NCBI RefSeq assembly: GCF_002803295.2
Contig: NZ_PGGB02000006.1
Coordinates: 65,519 to 91,021, forward strand
Source: Caedibacter taeniospiralis
Lineage (GTDB): Bacteria > Pseudomonadota > Gammaproteobacteria > Francisellales > Francisellaceae
DNA: 25,503 nt
Direction: 5' to 3'
Below the pieces are notes generated by a model. The model had not been told where the DNA came from. It was given only the letters and a program-made list of their open reading frames with translations, and ran no database searches. Position numbers and translations under genes: made by a program. Positions 19,301 through 25,503 of this stretch are shown piece after piece. Each line of letters starts with the position of its first letter. The first letter of the stretch is position 1.

Positions 19301-20326
19301 ACTTTCAATGTGCGTAGACCAGTCTAGTTTCTGTTTACTAATGTAATCATCATCCAGTTGCCATTGTTTTTCTTTGGCTGCTGTCAACGAATTTACAATA
19401 TGATAAGCATTTGGTTGTGCGAGCAACATGCTGTTTTGTGAATTTACCAGCACTTTCGCGCCAACGTTTCCTGATAAGATAACGGGTCTACCGATTTGTA
19501 GTGCTTCAACCACAACTAAGCCAAATGGCTCATAGATTGAGGGGACAAGCACAACATCGGTCGCGGCATAGTATTCTTCAATATTTTCAACGACACCAAA
19601 ATGCTTAGCATTCGCGGGGAGCGGGAGTTTACAGGTTTTACCAAAGATTATTAAATAATAAGGTGTTCCCAGTACTTCAATTGCTTTAATGGCCTCGGGT
19701 ACTCCTTTTCTACTATCTTCTGTTCCTGCTATGAATACGAGGTAAGCATCCTGTGGCAGCCCAAGCTTTGCTCTAAACTCAGCCTTTTTATCACAGCTAG
19801 TGAAGCTGAAATGATTAAGATCAACAGGTGGAAATAGCATCGTGATTTTCGCAGCTACATTCAGTCCATAGCTATTGATTTCATCGACCATTAGTGGTGA
19901 GTGGGCAATAATGCCCTTAGCATTTTTATAGTGCTGTTTCTCAAGAAAAATTTCAATACGATCATAAATGCCATTTTTCTTGCCCATTATGATATTGTGC
20001 TGTTGGTGTGTGCCTCCAACAATGGCAAGGGTCGGGTTAAAAATACGTGCAGTTGAAATATTAGGTGTATTTTGATTTCTGGTTTTTAGAAACACTTTCA
20101 TGGCAAATAAGATATATGTGAGAAAGCGCGGAAATTTACTCAGGATTTTACTTTGGTGAACAGTGATATTTTGATTGTTGGCAAACATTTTACCGTCGTA
20201 CTTCAGACAATAGACATTAATTGTGTAGTAAACGGATAACCGTTCTGCCAGTTCACAAATATAGCGTTCCATGCCGCCACCAAGTTTGATGCTGGGAGTG
20301 ATTATATTTATATTATTTCGCTTCAT
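19274..20326 (-). CDS. Glycosyltransferase family 4
   Basis: ITPSIKLGGGMERYICELAERL, DAYLVFIAGTEDSRKGVPEAIKAI, VVLVPSIYEPFGLVVVEALQIGRPVILS. Confidence 0.9.
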   Translation of the reverse strand: MKRNNINIITPSIKLGGGMERYICELAERLSVYYTINVYCLKYDGKMFANNQNITVHQSKILSKFPRFLTYILFAMKVFLKTRNQNTPNISTARIFNPTLAIVGGTHQQHNIIMGKKNGIYDRIEIFLEKQHYKNAKGIIAHSPLMVDEINSYGLNVAAKITMLFPPVDLNHFSFTSCDKKAEFRAKLGLPQDAYLVFIAGTEDSRKGVPEAIKAIEVLGTPYYLIIFGKTCKLPLPANAKHFGVVENIEEYYAATDVVLVPSIYEPFGLVVVEALQIGRPVILSGNVGAKVLVNSQNSMLLAQPNAYHIVNSLTAAKEKQWQLDDDYISKQKLDWSTHIESLIKLLPLA

Positions 20327-21620
20327 TTTTTGTCTTGGTTTGAGTCGAGCTGCTTATGCCGATTGTAAGTAGGAGAGCGCAAAATAGGAATAAATTTTTT
20401 GCGGAAGTGTGTTCTACAAGACCCAACACAAAAGTATTTCCAATGATTCCAAAAGCAATAGCTATGGAAAGTACACCTAAAAAAGAGTTGTTGTTAGCTG
20501 TTTTTTTGCAAGCCAATAGAAAGGTAATTACAAACATAGCAAAAAGAACTAAACCGATTATCCCACTTTCATAAAAGACCGCCAAAAACTGTGGCTCGTC
20601 ATGGAAATAACTAAAGACTTTTTGATGGTTTTCAAATTCTTGGCGACCTATAATTTCAGGAGCATGATGGTTAGCTAAAAATTGCTGGTACACTTTATTT
20701 CCATATCCAGTCCCAAAGAGAATGGAGGTATGCTCAAAAAATATAGGTGCTCGAGTTTCGATTATTGCAACTCGTCCTGAGGAAAAGTCGTTACCTAAAA
20801 AACTTTGGTCAACTTTGCCGTGAACTGTAGGGTTAAAATGGTAAATCACGGAGATAGTGGCTACCAAGATAACAGTAACCACCGCTATGAAAAGCAACAT
20901 TTTTTTAACTGAGACAGCCCTGTATGTGTAGATAAGAAACAAAATTAGCTCCGCTGTAATAGTCAAAAATGATCCTCTTCCACCTGATAATATGACAATG
21001 CTATAAATAGCAATGCTTAAAAAAATCACATAATACAAATACCATTTTTGTTTAAATATCGATACCGACGAAAGTAAGCATGGAAAAAGTAATGTTATGG
21101 GGTAAACATAACCGTATCTGAAGGCTAAATAAAGTGGCTCTGGGACGCCCTGAACTAGCAAGGGTGCAAGGTATGACTTAAAGGGCATGATGAGACACAA
21201 CATTGTAAGGGTGACAATCAAAATGATTAATATATTTTTTGCAACATCTTGTTTTAAGATAAAGAGTGTAAATAATGCAATGTATAGAATAATGGCATAG
21301 CGAATGTCTTCATAAACAGCCTGTATTGAATCGCTTCGCATATTGTTGTAGGTAAAAAAATATGAGGAGATAAATAAAAAAAGAACATAGGCTAAAAAAG
21401 TGATGTACAAATTCTTATTCTTTTCCCAGCTTGAGTGCAGAAGGTGTGTTATGTTAGATGTTGAGCCATAAAGTACCAGCACTATTAGTGATAGCGCAAA
21501 TGCACTATAAGCACCTATGGTAAGGAATGCCGTATTGTGATAACTAAAATAACCACAAAACATAAGTAGCAAGAAAAACCAAATTAATAAACTAAAAGCT
21601 GGTTTAATATGTTTTTTCAT
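20313..21620 (-). CDS. O-antigen ligase/polymerase-like multi-pass membrane protein (WaaL/Wzy superfamily)
   Basis: Many hydrophobic segments; IVILSGGRGSFLTITAELILFLIYTYR; ILFGTGYGNKVYQQF; DEPQFLAVFYESGIIGLVLFAMF. Located inside a glycosyltransferase operon. Confidence 0.85.
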   Translation of the reverse strand: MKKHIKPAFSLLIWFFLLLMFCGYFSYHNTAFLTIGAYSAFALSLIVLVLYGSTSNITHLLHSSWEKNKNLYITFLAYVLFLFISSYFFTYNNMRSDSIQAVYEDIRYAIILYIALFTLFILKQDVAKNILIILIVTLTMLCLIMPFKSYLAPLLVQGVPEPLYLAFRYGYVYPITLLFPCLLSSVSIFKQKWYLYYVIFLSIAIYSIVILSGGRGSFLTITAELILFLIYTYRAVSVKKMLLFIAVVTVILVATISVIYHFNPTVHGKVDQSFLGNDFSSGRVAIIETRAPIFFEHTSILFGTGYGNKVYQQFLANHHAPEIIGRQEFENHQKVFSYFHDEPQFLAVFYESGIIGLVLFAMFVITFLLACKKTANNNSFLGVLSIAIAFGIIGNTFVLGLVEHTSAKNLFLFCALLLTIGISSSTQTKTKNEAK

Positions 21621-22735
21621 TGATCTATGATTTCCTTTAGTTTTAGTCGTGCAACTTCTGTGCTAAATTTCATAATTTGATTTTCATCAAAACCGTAAAT
21701 AACTTTCTGATGGAGGAAACTATTAATTGTTTTGGCAAGGGTAGGTGCGTCATTTATTGGAACAAGCCACCTTGTCAAGTTATCTGAAAGAATTTCTCTG
21801 GGACCTGAGGCACAGTCAGTACTGATTATTGGCGTTCCACAAATTAGTGATTCAACTAGTACATTGCCAAAACCTTCAAAATCCGAACTTAAAACAAAAA
21901 CTTCAGCCTGCTTAAACCATGGATAAGGATTCTGGTGAAATGGAATGATATGGATTTTATGACCTTTAGGATGCTTGGCTACCATCTCGGATAATTGTTG
22001 ATTTGGTTGAGTAATCATCACGAGATCAATATCACAAGTAAGCTGTGCAAAAGCCTCCAATAAGATATCTTGTCTTTTTTGCGCAAGATCGAAGCGTGCA
22101 ACATGCAAAATGTAAGGCTGCTTGATCGGTGGTAGATATTCAGAAGCTTTTTCCCTTATGTGGTTAAAATCAAAAAAATTATAGAGAATATGCAGTTTTT
22201 GGGGTTTAACTCTAAATAATTCTGTTAAAGATGTGGCGGCTCCTTGTGATACCGAAATCACATTTCTATTGTTGTAATACTTATAAACTTTGTGCCTAAG
22301 CTTAACTGCCTTTTTTTGAGCCTTAGCTAAGAGGTTTTTATATGGAATTGTGTAGTCAAAATGCAGGTAATAAAATGTTTTTGCCTCTAACTCTCTGTTA
22401 AGCCATGATCTGACGGTTAAAAAGTTAGAAAAAATACACTTGAAGTGGTGGGTTTTATCAAGTCTATGGATTGCGTGAGCATACCATTTCTCGTATAGAT
22501 ATTTAGATCTCAACCAGTTGGGCACTTTGGCATCATGTAAGATAATATCTTCTGGTAGTTCAAATTCAATATTGGTCCTTAAAGTCAATATATGCACGTT
22601 GTAGTCCATAGCGCGAAGCAGGTTGGTCAAGTTTACTAATACACGTTCTGAGCCACCAATAACCAGCGTGTGACTAAGCAGTAAAACGTTCTTTGATGTT
22701 GTAACTTGTGTGGTCAGTGTATTTTGCTTATTCAT
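21617..22735 (-). CDS. Glycosyltransferase family 4
   Basis: VLLLSHTLVIGGSERVLVNLTNLL, YILHVARFDLAQKRQDILLEAFAQL, VFVLSSDFEGFGNVLVESLICGTPIISTDCASGPREIL. Confidence 0.92.
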   Translation of the reverse strand: MNKQNTLTTQVTTSKNVLLLSHTLVIGGSERVLVNLTNLLRAMDYNVHILTLRTNIEFELPEDIILHDAKVPNWLRSKYLYEKWYAHAIHRLDKTHHFKCIFSNFLTVRSWLNRELEAKTFYYLHFDYTIPYKNLLAKAQKKAVKLRHKVYKYYNNRNVISVSQGAATSLTELFRVKPQKLHILYNFFDFNHIREKASEYLPPIKQPYILHVARFDLAQKRQDILLEAFAQLTCDIDLVMITQPNQQLSEMVAKHPKGHKIHIIPFHQNPYPWFKQAEVFVLSSDFEGFGNVLVESLICGTPIISTDCASGPREILSDNLTRWLVPINDAPTLAKTINSFLHQKVIYGFDENQIMKFSTEVARLKLKEIIDQ

Positions 22736-23574
22736 GGACTAGTTTGGTCTCCAAGAATGCTTTCCATCGCACATTTTCTATTGCTTGTTTTAACCTCATT
22801 CAGTAGTTTAAGATTGCCTTCTTCTTGTGAGCGATCTGCTTCTTTATGCCAAAGATGCAAAACTGCTGTGGCAAAATAGCCTGATTTTCTTCTGATGCCT
22901 TTATTGATGAGGCGAATCATCAAATCAGAGTCTTCATAACCCCAGCCTGAAATTTTTTCTTCAAAGCCGTGCACCGTCAATAAATCTTGCCGCCAAAACG
23001 CCATATTGCAACCTTTGGCCTTTTGCCATGCGCAACAGTGCTTGTATCGCGCTTTACTGGCTAAATTAAACGTAAGTAACGTATGCCAGCGATTAATGTG
23101 TTTTAAAAACCGGTGCCACAGCCAGTACAATAGGCTTTTGGTTGAAACATCAGTTTGGGTGTTAAGGAGATAAGTAGTATATTTACTGTTTAAAAGAACA
23201 CGGTTGCCTGCGACGTAATATTCAGACTCCGCTAATAAGCGATGATTGTGTATGAAGTTTGGTCTAGAAATGCAGTCACCATCAATAAAAATCAGGTAAT
23301 TGCCTGCGGCAGCAGCAATCCCCATATTGCGAGATCTTGATAGGCGAAACCCTTTATCTTCTTGCCATAAATGCTGTAACGGAAATTTTGCTTGAGTTTT
23401 AAACGCGTTGATCATTTCTTTGGTTTCATTAGTCGAACCATCATCAACAATGATCACTTCAAAGTTTTTGTCGGTTTGATTATTTAATGAGGTCAATACA
23501 AGTCGAAGCGCTTCTGGCCAGTTGTAAGTGGAGACAACGACAGAAATAAGCCCCTGGTAAATATTACTTTGCAT
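22732..23574 (-). CDS. Glycosyltransferase family 2
   Basis: ISVVVSTYNWPEALRLVLTSLNNQTDKNFEVIIVDDGSTNETKEMI, LIFIDGDCISRPNFI, FEEKISGWGYEDSDLMIRLINKGI. Confidence 0.93.
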   Translation of the reverse strand: MQSNIYQGLISVVVSTYNWPEALRLVLTSLNNQTDKNFEVIIVDDGSTNETKEMINAFKTQAKFPLQHLWQEDKGFRLSRSRNMGIAAAAGNYLIFIDGDCISRPNFIHNHRLLAESEYYVAGNRVLLNSKYTTYLLNTQTDVSTKSLLYWLWHRFLKHINRWHTLLTFNLASKARYKHCCAWQKAKGCNMAFWRQDLLTVHGFEEKISGWGYEDSDLMIRLINKGIRRKSGYFATAVLHLWHKEADRSQEEGNLKLLNEVKTSNRKCAMESILGDQTSP

Positions 23575-24328
23575 TCTGCTGTTTTTCCCACAATTTCACA
23601 TATTTAAAATATGAACCATAGGCAGAAAGCTTGGCAATTAAGTACCCCCTTGAACCATCTAAAAAGCCCAAGCGGAAGATAAATCCACGCAAAAAAGTCC
23701 AGTGTTTATGAAAACAGGCGCTAATGAGTGATGTTTTTTTACTTTTTTGCCACAGAATGGTCGAAGTGCCATCACTGTAGTCGTTCATTTTTTTTAAAGA
23801 ACTGGCAACACTGTCCTGTGAGTGATGAATAAGCTCCCCTGTCAAGCTTCCTGCGTGTTTCTTTGAAACATCCAGTTTGGCATGGACAATATCATGTGTC
23901 CATTGATGTTTTGTGTGATCAAACAGACGGACGATCCAGTCCTTGCCCCAGTCACCATGGCAAATCATCTTACCTAAAAAGAACGACCTGCGATGCATTT
24001 TATAAAAGCTATACCTGGGATGTTCCAGTGCATCCTTAATGGATTTTGCTAACTCGGGAGTAACTTCTTCATCAGCGTCAAGGACAAGTCCCCAGCTCGT
24101 AGTAAGCTTGGAAATACCAAAGTGTTTTTGTGGTCCATCTCCTGGCCAGTGTCTTTCGATGATGTTAGCACCATATCTTCTAGCAATCTCAATCGTTTTA
24201 TCCGTGCTGCCAGAATCCACAACAATGATTTCATCCGCCCATTTAATAGATTCAAGGCAACGCGCGATATTTTTTTCTTCGTTTTTAGTAATAATGACAA
24301 CGCCAAGCGTATTATTGTGTTTGGGCAT
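23564..24328 (-). CDS. Glycosyltransferase family 2 (WaaE/KdtX-like LPS core glycosyltransferase)
   Basis: LGVVIITKNEEKNIARCLESIKWADEIIVVDSGSTDKTIEIARRYGA, SWGLVLDADEEVTPEL, WIVRLFDHTKHQW. ATG at 24328 chosen over the TTG at 24343. Confidence 0.92.
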   Translation of the reverse strand: MPKHNNTLGVVIITKNEEKNIARCLESIKWADEIIVVDSGSTDKTIEIARRYGANIIERHWPGDGPQKHFGISKLTTSWGLVLDADEEVTPELAKSIKDALEHPRYSFYKMHRRSFFLGKMICHGDWGKDWIVRLFDHTKHQWTHDIVHAKLDVSKKHAGSLTGELIHHSQDSVASSLKKMNDYSDGTSTILWQKSKKTSLISACFHKHWTFLRGFIFRLGFLDGSRGYLIAKLSAYGSYFKYVKLWEKQQNAK

Positions 24329-24369
24329 AGAGAATAGTCGCAAATTTCAATGCTGCGCATGATAGCATA

Positions 24370-24431
24370 TTGAATGTTGAATGTTGAATGTTGAATGTTG
24401 AATGTTGAATGTTGAATGTTGAATGTTGAAT
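24370..24431. repeat. 7-bp tandem repeat (TTGAATG), 8 full copies plus a 6-nt partial copy
   Basis: Direct reading: TTGAATG x8 from 24370 to 24425, then TTGAAT. Lies between the oxidoreductase stop (24453) and the glycosyltransferase start (24328). Confidence 0.98.
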
Positions 24432-24452
24432 TCAAAATTGAGACTTAAGCAG

Positions 24453-25502
24453 CTAGTTTGATTGTCCAAGTGTTGTGCACACTTTGGCAAGAAGGCTTAA
24501 TTTGCGTCTGGCATCGGTGGCGTAGTCATTGGTTTCATCCCAGGCGTAACCTGCCAAAATGGCGCAAATTTTTGCTTTAATTTCTTCGGGTTGTCTGTTA
24601 CTGAAAATAATTTGCTGCAGCTCGCCTGTATACCAAGTGCGCACATAGGCCTTAAACGTATTCACTCCTTTTTGTAAAGGTTTGGCGAAGCTTTCTTGCC
24701 AATCAACCTCTTTGCCTTGAAGCTCTAGATCAAGTGTTTCAGCCGCAAGAACTGCAGATTTTAAGGCAAGGGTTACCCCAGATGAGAAAACGGGATCCAG
24801 GAATTCGCCTGCGTTTCCAAGAAGCGCAAAACCCTTACCGTAAAGTGTGCTGACATCCTGGGCGTACCCTGTGATTTTTCGCACGGGGCATGTCAGGCTT
24901 ATGTCTTTTAAGATGGTATACAGATTTGGGGTCTGTTGAATCAGCTCCATGAGTTGGTCTTCGGGGGTTAATTGAGCTTTTGCGAGTAAATGCGGCTCGC
25001 CAACCACGCCGATAGAGTATTTGGTATCGTTAAGTGGGATAAGCCAAAACCATATATCAGCATGTTTTGGATGGACGCTAATAAGGATTTTATTTTGATC
25101 AAAAAGCCGCCGATCAAGTTTCGCACTAATGTGGGTGAAAATAGACATGCGTGGCGGAAATTCACTTGGACGGTTCAGTTTAAGCAGATTAGGTAACACT
25201 CGCGCAAAACCACTGGCATCTAATACAAATCGCGCTTGATAACTATGATGGTTGTTGGTTTCATCACAGGTGATCACTGTATGCAGTTTGTCAGTAAACT
25301 CAAGGTTGGTGACGCGCTGTTGGTAGATGATTGTAGCGCCAAATTCTTGTGCTTTATCGGCTAGTATTTTGTCAAAAATGGCACGCTCCACTTGAAAAGT
25401 GCTGTTAAATCCACCGCCAAATTTCTGGCTAAAATCAAACTCAGTGTAGTGATCATGGTATGCAAAAGCCGCACCATTTTTAAATTGAAAGCCTGCCTCT
25501 TT
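24453..25502 (-). CDS. FAD-dependent oxidoreductase, tryptophan halogenase/geranylgeranyl reductase-like; N-terminus lies beyond the right window edge
   Basis: VLDASGFARVLPNLL, WFWLIPLNDTKYSIGVV, GKGFALLGNAGEFLDPVFSSGVTLALKSAVLAAE. The frame stays open upstream of the listed GTG start to the edge (KEAGFQFKNGAAFAYHDHYTEFDFSQKFGGGFNSTFQVERAIF). Confidence 0.88.
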   Translation of the reverse strand, partial: KEAGFQFKNGAAFAYHDHYTEFDFSQKFGGGFNSTFQVERAIFDKILADKAQEFGATIIYQQRVTNLEFTDKLHTVITCDETNNHHSYQARFVLDASGFARVLPNLLKLNRPSEFPPRMSIFTHISAKLDRRLFDQNKILISVHPKHADIWFWLIPLNDTKYSIGVVGEPHLLAKAQLTPEDQLMELIQQTPNLYTILKDISLTCPVRKITGYAQDVSTLYGKGFALLGNAGEFLDPVFSSGVTLALKSAVLAAETLDLELQGKEVDWQESFAKPLQKGVNTFKAYVRTWYTGELQQIIFSNRQPEEIKAKICAILAGYAWDETNDYATDARRKLSLLAKVCTTLGQSN

Positions 25503-25503
25503 A

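Noticed and set aside
24370-24431. Possible CRISPR or phage attachment-site repeats
   Set aside because: 7-bp head-to-tail units without spacers; no integrase or cas genes nearby.
24049-24435. 128-aa minus-strand ORF beginning MNSTFNIQHSTFNIQHSTFNIQ
   Set aside because: It is an alternate frame through the heptamer repeat and through the well-supported glycosyltransferase CDS. The repetitive peptide is a by-product of the 7-bp array read in a frame that cycles every 21 bp.

Overview
This is a bacterial, probably gammaproteobacterial, chromosomal window. It is mostly housekeeping genes with small accessory modules between them. From left to right: a fragment resembling the C-terminus of an Rpn/PD-(D/E)XK family protein; gatC-gatA-gatB; pyrG; a PIN-toxin/RHH-antitoxin pair (-); cysS; prmB; aroC; an htpX-like/lemA pair (-); a carboxylesterase overlapping hemC; a YafQ/DinJ-type toxin-antitoxin pair (-); a YqeG-like HAD phosphatase (-); rsmI (-); an AlbA_2/Schlafen-type ATP-binding protein overlapping murC (-); and an LPS/polysaccharide glycosyltransferase cluster containing an O-antigen ligase/polymerase-like gene. 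The right edge holds an FAD-dependent oxidoreductase that runs off the window. The strongest non-routine signals are: (1) rsmI split by an apparent frameshift at an A9 homopolymer, with the missing C-terminal domain intact in the +1 frame; (2) about 8.9 copies of a 7-bp tandem repeat just upstream of the LPS glycosyltransferase operon, a candidate phase-variable regulatory tract; and (3) five perfect 12-bp repeats in the AlbA-domain gene that encode an (ELGN)n linker, in a gene that overlaps murC by ATGA. I found no convincing novel multi-gene system, CRISPR array, tRNA or rRNA.
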